This document shows positions 29,819-40,000 of a DNA stretch of 64,000 nt, one piece after another. The stretch comes from a virus, in the IMG/VR virus record IMGVR_UViG_3300025626_002025. The stretch is one strand, 5' to 3'. A program made the position numbers and the translations under genes. The notes under the pieces are model-generated. The model was not told the origin of the DNA, searched no databases, and was given only the letters and a program-made list of their open reading frames with translations. Every line of letters starts with the position of its first letter. The stretch's first letter is position 1.

Positions 29819-29994
29819 TATGCTCCCCAAGTTTTTCTTCGTTTAAATAAATCAAAAAAGATTGCTGATACTTCCTGTCTGATGATTTTTCTTATTAAAT
29901 CTTTATCAGACTCGTTGAGTTTCTCGTTAAGTTCTCCTTTTTTAAAACTAACGATTTCTTCATTGATTATATCATATAATTCTTTTTTAGTCAT
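29818..29994 (-). CDS. Small protein (58 aa) missed by ORF track
   Basis: MTKKELYDIINEEIVSFKKGELNEKLNESDKDLIRKIIRQEVSAIFFDLFKRRKTWGA*. TAGGA upstream; stop overlaps the protease ATG. Confidence 0.75.
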   Translation of the reverse strand: MTKKELYDIINEEIVSFKKGELNEKLNESDKDLIRKIIRQEVSAIFFDLFKRRKTWGA

Positions 29995-29998
29995 TATA

Positions 29999-30502
29999 TT
30001 ATCCTATTTTCTTTAAATAGTTAGTTTGTGTTGCAATCCAATCCTCACCTTTTAATCCAGCCATTTTAGCAGCTTTCTTAATCGCTTCAACAGTATTTCT
30101 TGCTTTCACTTTATACTTATTCTTTTTGGATAACTTAACACCATTAAGAGTCATATCTGAAAAACTCATTTCCCAAGTTGCAAATCCTTCTTTGATGATA
30201 GATTCTTTAACTTCTTCTTTTTCATCTTCCTTCTTACCATCTTTTTTCTCTATTGCCTTTTGAAGTGCTGGTGGTAATTTTTTCTGAGCATCTGTTAATT
30301 CAGAAACTTGTTCTTGTTTTGCTCCTTTACCTTTCCAAGTTTTTTCTATGTTGTTAAAGAATTTCTTTTTTTCTTCATCAGACATACTAGGAATAGATTT
30401 ACCAGCTTTTTCTAAAGCTCTTTTGAAAAACTCTTGATATTCCGATTCTTCTATCATAGTTTCTTTAACTATGTTTTTTAATGCTTCTCTTGTTATTTTC
30501 AT
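29999..30502 (-). CDS. Putative prohead core/internal protein made of mini-domains
   Basis: Segments bounded by IVKE/MIEE, VSE and ESIIKE motifs; lies between portal and protease. Confidence 0.55.
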   Translation of the reverse strand: MKITREALKNIVKETMIEESEYQEFFKRALEKAGKSIPSMSDEEKKKFFNNIEKTWKGKGAKQEQVSELTDAQKKLPPALQKAIEKKDGKKEDEKEEVKESIIKEGFATWEMSFSDMTLNGVKLSKKNKYKVKARNTVEAIKKAAKMAGLKGEDWIATQTNYLKKIG

Positions 30503-30978
30503 TTTTCTATCTCCTGTATAGTTCGAGCGATATTAACCAATCTCTCTTTTATCTTATAAATATGTTTGTTTGTTCTTTTCCAATACTGATTGGAATCCAA
30601 CTCATTCATTGTTTTGATTTTATTATACCAATTGAAAAACTTTTCAGTTTCTCTAAGTTGATACTTAAGTTCTTTTAAACCCATTGCCATCTTCTTATGA
30701 GGATGCATTGTTTCATCGTTTTTTAATTCTAACCAACGATTTACTGGTCTTTTGGATTTAGCTTCATTTAGCTCTTCATCCATCTTACCAACTATCTTCA
30801 TACCAAATTGAGTTGAAATTTTTTTCTTACGTTTTTTATCGTTAGCACCACCATCAGAAAATGCAGCAGGAGTATTGTACCCACCAACTGCACCAGTTCC
30901 TGTCATTTCATCCAATTCGTGTTCTACTTCTTGGATTAGTTCATCTAAGAATTTATTAAGATTTTTTTCCATTGACAT
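30499..30978 (-). CDS. Hypothetical head-morphogenesis protein
   Basis: Acidic leader ending LDE and an internal LNE; within the head operon. Confidence 0.55.
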   Translation of the reverse strand: MSMEKNLNKFLDELIQEVEHELDEMTGTGAVGGYNTPAAFSDGGANDKKRKKKISTQFGMKIVGKMDEELNEAKSKRPVNRWLELKNDETMHPHKKMAMGLKELKYQLRETEKFFNWYNKIKTMNELDSNQYWKRTNKHIYKIKERLVNIARTIQEIEK

Positions 30979-31828
30979 TTTTTATCTCCTTAATTAACTC
31001 ATAAGACATCATTAAAGCTGAAACTTGTTCATCGGTAACTTTCTTACCAATTTTCTGTTTTTTCAAAACATTTATTGTTTCTCTCAACTTTATTTTTGTA
31101 ATCTTATCTTTCATACCTTTATACGCTTCGTGTAAAGATGTGATAGTTTTAATTAATTCTGATTCATAGTATTCATTGAACTTAGATGTATTGGTAACAT
31201 TATTAATATATTCTCTTAATAAACCTTTTTGAGATTGATTTAAAGTTGTATATTTTTTGTTAAAAGTTTCAATAAGAATTTTATATGTCAACAATCGAAG
31301 GTCTTTCTCTTGTTTTTTATATTCTTCAACTAATTTATCTTGTTTAGCTACTTTAGTAGTTTGGGAAGTTGATGAGATGTGCTCAACAAGAGTAAGTTTA
31401 GAATCAAATACATCTTTAATATCAAGAATATCATTCTTTTTACCTTCAAATAGTTTATGTATTGAAGCTAAAATTTTGTAGTTTGTTACCGGGGAAGATA
31501 AGAAATTATTAATTTCGAATGTTTCTTTGATAGACTTAATAAGATTATACTTTTCTCGTTGGAGTTTAGTATAATTTATTTTACTGTGTGCTTCCAATAT
31601 AGCTTCAATAAACTTCTCAGCCTTTGATTCTGTATTGTACTTTTCGTTTATAAGTAGGTTGAATAATCTAAGCTCTTTTGATAACTCAGTTCCTCTTCCA
31701 TAGAATTCTTTGATTATTCCTTTTGATTTTTCCTCACTACCATTGAGTATTTCAACCGTAATTTGTCGAGTTAAAAGTTCAAAAAGAAAACCCGTATTCT
31801 TAAATTTTGAATGTTTTATTTTTCTCAT
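30956..31828 (-). CDS. Hypothetical head-cluster protein (290 aa, helical)
   Basis: Long ORF after the portal, with its own TATTTATA and TAGGA. Confidence 0.6.
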   Translation of the reverse strand: MRKIKHSKFKNTGFLFELLTRQITVEILNGSEEKSKGIIKEFYGRGTELSKELRLFNLLINEKYNTESKAEKFIEAILEAHSKINYTKLQREKYNLIKSIKETFEINNFLSSPVTNYKILASIHKLFEGKKNDILDIKDVFDSKLTLVEHISSTSQTTKVAKQDKLVEEYKKQEKDLRLLTYKILIETFNKKYTTLNQSQKGLLREYINNVTNTSKFNEYYESELIKTITSLHEAYKGMKDKITKIKLRETINVLKKQKIGKKVTDEQVSALMMSYELIKEIKNVNGKKS

Positions 31829-31868
31829 CTTATGTTTTTCCTATTATGATATAGTAAAATTTCCCTCT

Positions 31869-31876
31869 TATAAATA
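31869..31876 (-). promoter_or_regulatory. Putative late promoter TATTTATA
   Basis: Intergenic octamer. Confidence 0.6.
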
Positions 31877-31899
31877 TAAAATTATAAAAGTTAACCTAA

Positions 31900-33627
31900 T
31901 TAATCTTCGTCTAGTATGTTGTTTTCGTCCAACATTCCTTTCATTTCATGTAAATACTTTCGTTTTGCCGCTATACCATTGATATATTTAATTGCTTTAT
32001 CTTCTGATGTTCTTGAACGTTTTTTCGTTCTTTCTTTATCACCAAGTGGGTCTCTACCAAGTGGATGTTTATCTTTTCCATATGTTCCACCTTCTCTTGG
32101 TCTACCACCTTTATCTTTTATTTCGTTCTTGATATCTTCAAGTTGTTCTTCAATATCACTTGGTTCATCATCTTCCATTGCAGGGTCACTACCTTCATCT
32201 TCAATAGAACGGAATCTATATCTATCTTTTAAATCATCTAACATCGATACTCTTTGTTCATCTTGTTCACCACCACTTAGTTTGAATATATTTTCATATA
32301 CCCAATCCTTAGATAACATATTTAATCCTTGAATATCTTGAGCTAATCTAATTTTCTCACTCCATAAGTTTACTTTTTCTTGTTCGTAAATTGTAGATGG
32401 ATTAACTAATGATAATTCAAAATTAGTCATTTCAGAATCTGTAATTCCTTGTGCATATAAATGAACAATTGCAATTTTAGATAATTCTGAAACTACTGTT
32501 CTTTGTATTCTTTCAATTGTTCTTGCAAATCTAACATCTTCTGCTGCTAATGTTGCTTTACCATTTACATTTTCTTCATATCCTAAATATGCTCTAGGAA
32601 CTTTTAATGCTGCAAATAATTTGTTTTTTAGATAATCAATATCATCGATGGTTGCATACTCTAATCCTGCAAGATTATCAATAGATGTTCCACTATCACC
32701 ACCACGAACAGGAAGATAGAAATCTTCTGTTAGGTTTTGCATATTATACTTTAAGTTATAATCACCAGTATTTCTATCAATAAATGGAACTTTCTTCATT
32801 TTATTGATAATTCTTTGCATATAGTTATCTACCTCTGTTGGAGGAATGTTACCAATATCAATTTTGAAAACTCTCTTTTCAGGTGCTCTCATGATTCGGT
32901 GAATCAACATTGCATCTTCCATTAGAGATAATTGTTTCCACAATCTTCTAGCATTTTCAATCATTGATTTTCCATATGGTAACCAGTTTGTATCTGCTAA
33001 TAATCTAAAGTGAGCAACTTCAAAGTTTTCGTATTGTTCTTTTCCATTTGGGTCTTCAGTAATTTTAAACTTTACTGAGTTTGGATTCGATGGGTCTGTT
33101 CTTTCTAATCTTTCTGTGTTGTAAACTGAATGAGGTGTTACGTTAACAATACCTTTACCTTCAGCGATTTCCATACCTAAGAAGAAATCTCCATACTTAC
33201 ACATATTTCTTACCCAAGGCCATAAGTTGAATTCAATATTAAGAACATCATAAAATAAGTTATTTAAAATATCTTGTACTTGTTGATTATCAGAGTGAAC
33301 CAATAAAGTATCACCAAATTCATTCTTTAGTGTTGATTCATCTGCATATATATCAAGAGCTGATGCTAATATTGGGTCATTATCCATAGCATCATAATCT
33401 CTAAAAACTTCTCTACGAACTTGTTGGTATGCCATTGACTGAGCACCACCTGCTTGTTCGAAAAAACTTTTTTGTAGTTTCGTGTACCTATCTCTTAAAG
33501 AAGATAGATTTGTTTGTTGTCTTTCATCGGTATCGAAAACTTTTCTCTTACCATCTTTATCGACAGTAACGACTGCCTGAGCTCTGAAGAGTTTAGTTAA
33601 CCTACCAAAAAATGAAGTATCTGCCAT
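31900..33627 (-). CDS. gp20: Portal vertex protein (T4 gp20-like)
   Basis: LMEDAMLIHRIMRAPEKRVFKIDIGN, EDFYLPVRG and YLKNKLFAALKVP motifs. Confidence 0.96.
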   Translation of the reverse strand: MADTSFFGRLTKLFRAQAVVTVDKDGKRKVFDTDERQQTNLSSLRDRYTKLQKSFFEQAGGAQSMAYQQVRREVFRDYDAMDNDPILASALDIYADESTLKNEFGDTLLVHSDNQQVQDILNNLFYDVLNIEFNLWPWVRNMCKYGDFFLGMEIAEGKGIVNVTPHSVYNTERLERTDPSNPNSVKFKITEDPNGKEQYENFEVAHFRLLADTNWLPYGKSMIENARRLWKQLSLMEDAMLIHRIMRAPEKRVFKIDIGNIPPTEVDNYMQRIINKMKKVPFIDRNTGDYNLKYNMQNLTEDFYLPVRGGDSGTSIDNLAGLEYATIDDIDYLKNKLFAALKVPRAYLGYEENVNGKATLAAEDVRFARTIERIQRTVVSELSKIAIVHLYAQGITDSEMTNFELSLVNPSTIYEQEKVNLWSEKIRLAQDIQGLNMLSKDWVYENIFKLSGGEQDEQRVSMLDDLKDRYRFRSIEDEGSDPAMEDDEPSDIEEQLEDIKNEIKDKGGRPREGGTYGKDKHPLGRDPLGDKERTKKRSRTSEDKAIKYINGIAAKRKYLHEMKGMLDENNILDED

Positions 33628-33665
33628 GTTGTTCCTATTTTTAAATTATAACCTTTATTTTATTA

Positions 33666-34058
33666 TTACCACTTTCTACAAGACCAGTATCTTGCTTTAT
33701 GTCTTGGACCGGGTGAATCACAATTGTGTCTAGCTCTGAATGCTTTTCTTGCATCTGGATTATTCTTTCGAATAGACATTGTTTTTTCTCCTGATTTCTT
33801 TGCTGAACTACCACCATGTCCAAAATTAACTTTTACAACATTACCTTGAGGGTTTTTAACATATACTTTAAATTTTTTCACATCACCTTGCATTGGTTTT
33901 CCAAGTTTAACTTTTCTACCTTGATACTCAGCTTCATTTATGTCAGATTTATATTCTTTCATGAACTTCGAAAATTCTTGTATATCATCATAGTTTTCTA
34001 CTATGTACTCATTACAGTAGTTTTCGTTTTCATTTATTAAATCTATCATTGAAATCAT
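33666..34058 (-). CDS. Basic Cys/His putative internal head protein (MISMIDLINE leader)
   Basis: INE|AEYQGRKV...KKFKVYVK...VNFG...RKAFRARHNC...ARYWSC, a motif recognised from large-virus hypotheticals. Confidence 0.65.
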   Translation of the reverse strand: MISMIDLINENENYCNEYIVENYDDIQEFSKFMKEYKSDINEAEYQGRKVKLGKPMQGDVKKFKVYVKNPQGNVVKVNFGHGGSSAKKSGEKTMSIRKNNPDARKAFRARHNCDSPGPRHKARYWSCRKW

Positions 34059-34076
34059 AGTTATTTCTCCTTATAT

Positions 34077-34084
34077 TATAAATA
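34077..34084 (-). promoter_or_regulatory. Putative late promoter TATTTATA
   Basis: Intergenic octamer. Confidence 0.6.
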
Positions 34085-34089
34085 TATAA

Positions 34090-35682
34090 TTATTTAATTA
34101 ACCAAGTTAAATCCTCATGGTTATCACCAACTCGCATTTTCCAAGGGTCATCATCCATTGAAGTATTACCACCAAAACCCATTCCACCAATATCTAATTG
34201 ATGTGCACCGATTCCACCCAATGCTTGTTTTGTTAAATCAATTCCCTCTTGTCTTAATCTAAGTGCAGTATCTCTAACCCACAATCCGATTGATAATGAC
34301 ATTGTTAAATCATCATTATAACCTCGCATTGCTTCTGCTCTATTACCATTCCATATAAATGTAAACATTTCATCTATTGTTCTTTGTGAACGAATTGTTA
34401 CAGATTTTTCTCTAACATATTGTTCTAACTTAGAAATGATTAAAGGTCTTGTTTTAGATGTTGTACTAAAACCAGCAGTTAAACCTCTATCTTGTGCTCT
34501 GTATTTATTTGATAATTGATTTTCAGTATCTACATACTTTAAATCTTTACTCATATAAAAAGTATTTTGATAACCTCTATCAATTACTTGTTGTAAAACT
34601 GCCCAACCAATATTTGCATTTTCAACTACAAGTAAGGCGTTATTATATTCGGTTGCCAATGCAACTAAAAAGTTTCCAAAATCTTTTGTATCTAATTTAC
34701 CTTTGTATTCTGCAACTTGAGAAGATTCTTCTATATCGATAACATGACACGCTGAGTAATCCGTTGAATCTCCACGAGCAACATCCGCTACAACCATATA
34801 AGATTTGGTATAGTTTGGATATTCCCATTTCCATAGGTTTCCATCGAACCCAGTCTTTTCCATTGGTTCTTGTACAAATGATTCTTTATAAAACATTAAA
34901 AGTTGTGGGTCTATTACTGTATCACCAGAACTAACAAAATCACAATCACATTCTTGTGCTGCTCCCTTTACCCCAAGTAGTACCTCTTGCTCATCTCTCC
35001 AATCTTGATTTCTTTCAGGATGTACACTCCAATGTAGTCGTATTGGATTAAATGTATTTGTTTCATCTTCTGCTCCCACCCAAGTTTTGTGGAAAAAGTT
35101 TCCAACACCATTTGGAGTAGAAAGTATAATTGCATTACCACCCGTTGATAAGGTAGATTGTGATGATACCCATATATCTTCAATCTTATCAATAAATGCT
35201 GCCTCATCAAATACTAATAAGGATAATGCCTCAGAACGACCAGCATCTCCTGCTGCAGAAGTTGCTTTTATCTGAGAACCATTTGAGTATCTTAAGGATA
35301 GTTTGTTATCCTCTACCGTTGTTTGTTTTAACCACGATGGTAAATACTGATTCATCACACGAACCTTCGTTACAAGGTTCTTAGCAACTTCTTGTTTAGT
35401 TGCAATTACCAATACATTAAAATCTTGATTGAATAACATCTTCCAAAGTGAAAATCCCGCAGTTAAGGTTGAGATACCTGTTTGTCGAGATTTAAGAATG
35501 ATGTTGTATCTGTGTTCTGCGAATTGGTCTAATGTTCTTTCTTGAAATTGATATAAATGAAAAGGTATCTTACCACGAACAGGATGTTGAATCATACAAT
35601 ACTTTTTCATAAAGTAGATTGGGTCTCCAGCACATTTCTGATACTCAAGTTTTATTATTTCTTTTAAAGATTGTTTAGCCAT
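34090..35682 (-). CDS. gp17: Terminase large subunit (T4 gp17-like)
   Basis: LYQFQ, KSRQTGIST (Walker A), LLVFDEAAF (Walker B), STPNG, and nuclease ADVARG...DYS...NDDL. Confidence 0.96.
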   Translation of the reverse strand: MAKQSLKEIIKLEYQKCAGDPIYFMKKYCMIQHPVRGKIPFHLYQFQERTLDQFAEHRYNIILKSRQTGISTLTAGFSLWKMLFNQDFNVLVIATKQEVAKNLVTKVRVMNQYLPSWLKQTTVEDNKLSLRYSNGSQIKATSAAGDAGRSEALSLLVFDEAAFIDKIEDIWVSSQSTLSTGGNAIILSTPNGVGNFFHKTWVGAEDETNTFNPIRLHWSVHPERNQDWRDEQEVLLGVKGAAQECDCDFVSSGDTVIDPQLLMFYKESFVQEPMEKTGFDGNLWKWEYPNYTKSYMVVADVARGDSTDYSACHVIDIEESSQVAEYKGKLDTKDFGNFLVALATEYNNALLVVENANIGWAVLQQVIDRGYQNTFYMSKDLKYVDTENQLSNKYRAQDRGLTAGFSTTSKTRPLIISKLEQYVREKSVTIRSQRTIDEMFTFIWNGNRAEAMRGYNDDLTMSLSIGLWVRDTALRLRQEGIDLTKQALGGIGAHQLDIGGMGFGGNTSMDDDPWKMRVGDNHEDLTWLIK

Positions 35683-35683
35683 T

Positions 35684-36373
35684 CTATTTTTTTCCTAGTT
35701 TCCAATACATAGAACCACCAACGAATGGTTTATACTCACCAAGTTGATTTGATATACCAACATTTAAACCATAAATTTTCATTTTCTTAGTTTTAAACAA
35801 GATGTTACCACTAATATTGTTAAATCCATTTGTTTGGTCAATTCCTGCACCAAATCCATAATAGAATTCATTCTTTGGTAATTCTTTTACTATTGTAGTA
35901 TTATAAACGGTTGGAATCTTAAAATACCAATCTATTTCTCTTGATTCAATTCTGTTTTGTGAAATGATATCAGTTAAAATACCGAATCCTAAATCTCCAC
36001 TTGGTTTGTTACCCAATGAATCGGTAACTACATCAGGAAAATCATATGCTAAACTTAATGTATCCTTAACTGTTATTTTTGCAAAGTAATCTTTTATAAT
36101 AGCAAGTGAATCTACATCTACTGGTATCTCTACTTCCTTAATTACTTCTTTTGTAATGTACTTTGGTACATACTTTGTTACCTTAACTTCTTTTTCTACA
36201 TATATGGTATCAGTTTTTGATTCTAACAACTCATATTGTTCTCCATCTACATCTACAATGGTTTTATCACCAGTATCATCTCCACATCCTCGTAAAAATA
36301 AAATAATTCCAAATAAAAGAAGGATTAATATTTCTCTCCACCTTTTAATTAATAAACTAAATATAATGCTCAT
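35684..36373 (-). CDS. Membrane/lipoprotein, possibly spanin-like
   Basis: N-terminal hydrophobic helix ending LRGC; C-terminal Gly/aromatic amphipathic beta strands ending YWKL. Confidence 0.5.
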   Translation of the reverse strand: MSIIFSLLIKRWREILILLLFGIILFLRGCGDDTGDKTIVDVDGEQYELLESKTDTIYVEKEVKVTKYVPKYITKEVIKEVEIPVDVDSLAIIKDYFAKITVKDTLSLAYDFPDVVTDSLGNKPSGDLGFGILTDIISQNRIESREIDWYFKIPTVYNTTIVKELPKNEFYYGFGAGIDQTNGFNNISGNILFKTKKMKIYGLNVGISNQLGEYKPFVGGSMYWKLGKK

Positions 36374-37013
36374 AGTTTTTCTCCTTTAATACATCAAACG
36401 CTAAATTACGTTTCGATTCAAGTTCAGTAATTTCACCTTCTCCGGTATTTATCATGTCTTGAATTTCTTTTTTAGTATCTTCAACTGAATTTGGTAAATC
36501 CCATCTTTCGGTACTACCATTTTCATTTACATACTCATAAAAAGGTCTAACATCTAACAAAGATTGTTTTAGTTCTTCTAATTTTGTTTTACCAAATACA
36601 ATCATACGAGTCCATACCTTATAATTCTGATATTCTTCAAATACACCAGCAGTTCTTAAATCATGTTCTCTATCAACAGTACAATTTATACAAAATCCGT
36701 TATTTTGAATAAACTTTAAATCTTTTTCAGATTTAGATATTGTTTTACAATCAGAATTGTTACATTTTGATTTTTCTGCTAAATATTTTCTAATTTCTTG
36801 TAACGCTTCGGAATTTTTACCCGTCTTTAAAACATATCCTTCTTTTTTCTCATATTTGTTATGTTCATCTTCCCAAACATCACCAACATTACGAGCTTCT
36901 TCCTTCTTGGTATAACCAACGGTAGTATTTTTATCATACTTTCCAGTTTCTACCATATCTACCAACTTTCTACGAGTTGGATGCATATACTTCTTCTTAA
37001 ATTCTTTACCCAT
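36357..37013 (-). CDS. Hypothetical protein with putative Zn-binding Cys motifs
   Basis: CNNSDC...CINC; upstream of the terminase operon. Confidence 0.55.
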   Translation of the reverse strand: MGKEFKKKYMHPTRRKLVDMVETGKYDKNTTVGYTKKEEARNVGDVWEDEHNKYEKKEGYVLKTGKNSEALQEIRKYLAEKSKCNNSDCKTISKSEKDLKFIQNNGFCINCTVDREHDLRTAGVFEEYQNYKVWTRMIVFGKTKLEELKQSLLDVRPFYEYVNENGSTERWDLPNSVEDTKKEIQDMINTGEGEITELESKRNLAFDVLKEKNYEHYI

Positions 37014-37040
37014 TATTATACATTAGGTTATATTGTTGTA

Positions 37041-37048
37041 TATAAATA
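37041..37048 (-). promoter_or_regulatory. Putative late promoter TATTTATA
   Basis: Intergenic octamer. Confidence 0.6.
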
Positions 37049-37073
37049 TATAAAAATAGAGAAACCGAAATTT

Positions 37074-40000
37074 TTAGAAGAAAATACCGAGTATCTGATT
37101 TACGGATGCGAATGTACCTGTAAGTTTAAAAGTATTTCCTTTATATAAGAATACAATACCTTCATTTGGTACAATTTTCTTAGAACCACCAATAGATTGT
37201 AATCTACCAAGTTCCAATTTAAGTTTTTCTATCTTTTTTGGGTCACCTGATTTCCTAACATCTTTAATTGTCTTATCAATTCGTTTTTTCATATCACGAA
37301 CTGCTGAATCAGCGTTAACTGTTAGTGCAGATGAGGTAAACTCTAACACTTCTGCACCCAAACCTAAGAATATTTGTTCAAACTTCATTAAGTTCTTCTT
37401 ACCAATCTTCTTTTGGTCTTCTTTATCTGTTTTTTTAGCCCACTCTAATGTTTTTTCATCACTAAAGTTCTTTTTATCTAATCTAAATCCTTTATCCATG
37501 AACGCCCATCTCTTAACTAACCCCATTTTGGTTTTGTTATCAAGTGATGTAGGTGAATTCTTATCAACCCATTGTGACCACCACCCTTGGTGATAATCAG
37601 CAACACCATCAGTATCCTTTAAACTAAATTCTTTTTGTAATTTAGATATCTGTGATGAGTATTTACTACGTTTCTTAGATAAATCTTGTGATTTTGGTAA
37701 TTTTACAATAGGAGGTCCTTGAATAGTGTAATTATCTTGTACATCTTTGTTAACTTGTTTAATCATACCAGCTAATACTCTTGCTGATTCACCATTCTCT
37801 CCGATTGCAACACCATCCATGTTGAATTCCATAGTACCATGGAACACAAGTAACGCTTGACCATAAGGAATAACGTTTACTGATGTTGGGTATATCACTT
37901 CAAGGTTCATAAAACACGCACCTTGTTTAAATACCTTATCTCTTTGTTTATCCGATAACGATTTAATAGCATTTGAAAGGTCTTTCATTGCATAATTGTA
38001 AGCATCACTCAATCCACCTCTACCTTGGAACTTATCTGATACACCTTTGATATCTAAAGCATTCTCACCTCTGTTCTTTAGGTGGCCTTTGTTCCTCGCT
38101 GCTACTAACCTACCATCTCTCCATGAAATAGCTAATGCTTGACCATCTGTTTTCTCTCGTGTGAACTCAAGTGTACCTTCGAGTGCACGATTTACGATAT
38201 CTTTAAGTTGTCCAAAGGTTAAATTGATATCAGTATCAAATGGATGAGACATATGTCCATACGCACCACCTTCTTGGAGTAAGTTAGATTCGTTTATGTT
38301 TTCTTTGATTAGTTGTTGTGGTGTTTTAGTGTTTGGTAAAAACATTTCAACTAACTTATTATCGATATCACTTATTATCTGTTCTATACTATCCATATTT
38401 TTACTTTCTTTATTTTCACCCAAACCACCTTTATCGTGTTTAGAGAATTTACCTAATTTATCAAATGCTCTGAATGATTTTAATTTATCTTGCTTTGCAG
38501 GTCTCATATCAGATAGTTGTTTGTATCTCATGTGGTTTTTAACAATGTAAAATACATTTGCAGCATTACCATCAACTGATTCTATAAACTTTTTATACTT
38601 CTTTACTAATGAAGCAGATACTTTTTCATGTCCAAAGTGTGTGATGTGTCCTTTCTTTGGGTGAATACCCGCAGTTTCATCTTTTCCTATATCGTGAAAC
38701 ATTGCTGCTATTGCAATATCAATATCATCCTCTTTGATTGAACGATTCACAACCATAATAGTATGTTTAAGAACATTACCCTCTGGGTGTTTATCTACTC
38801 TTTGACCAAAGTTCTTTAGATTGTAAACTCTCTTTTGTAAATCAGAAGGCATCTTTTTGAATAATGATTTGAAATCTTTTATTCCTAATTCTTTTAATCC
38901 TTCTTTAACTGGTTTTGCTTTTAGAAATGCTTGGTCTACAACATCTTCATTCTTTTTTTCGAATTTTTCAACTTCCTTTGCTCGTAATGCTGGTAAGAAT
39001 CTGAATTTAGCTCTTTTTCTAACTCTACCTTTTTTTCTCACCACATTCTTATGAATTACCTGAGTTTGTGCAATCGATAAATCTGCTTTCTTAATACCAG
39101 GATATAATTCTTCCATGAACTCAGCGTAAACTTGTCTGTATGCCATCTTGTAAGCAATCTTCTTAAGTTTAGAAAGAGGTTTTCTTCTTTTCATCGTTCT
39201 TGCTCTTCTTCTTGCGATTTCCTTACTCTTTCCTGCCATTGCTGCTTTTCTTCTTAATCTATCAGCAGGTCTCATCTTACCTCGTTCATCCAAATCTTCG
39301 GATTCTATTGTGTATTTTGCATCAGATGATTTAAAATCATTTTTTCTCATTATGGTTTTAGCGATTAGTTTATTCGCTTGTTTCATAAATGGAATATTAA
39401 GGTTTGTTCTATTATCCTTTACTACAATTTGATTATATTGATTAAGAAATTTTACAAAATCTTTTTTCTTTTTTCCTAATCTTTTAAAGAATCCAATTAA
39501 TTCGGCTTGTGATATTTCCTTTCCGTTTCTTGGGTCATTTAACCTATCGAAGAAATGTTTTCCTGTAAGAACTGTATCTACCGGATTTAATTGTTTATCT
39601 GCAAACTTATCAATCTTTTGTAAGTCAGACATTGGCATCTCATTTAAGAAATTTTCTCTTTCTTTATTTTTTATCCACAATCCAATTTCTGCACCTTTGA
39701 TATCAGAGGGTACATCGTTTCCACCAACTGATAATTTAAAACTTACAAACTTCTTCATATCCTTTCCAATCGATTTACCAAAATCTACTATTTGGTTATC
39801 AGAAAGTGAAGTTTTTTGTTGTAGTTTTTTATAAACACCAACTTCTTCTGGTTTAAAATATTGTAATGATACTAAAAATACAATATCATTCTTTTCAGTA
39901 TTTGTATATGATAACTTATTTAATAGTTTTCCTAATAACGCTGGAGAATTCTTTTTTAGAAGTACTGATAGGAATACAATATAATCAGTAGTTTTAATAT

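Noticed and set aside
31900-35682. Introns or inteins in portal or terminase
   Set aside because: Lengths are normal and motifs are uninterrupted.
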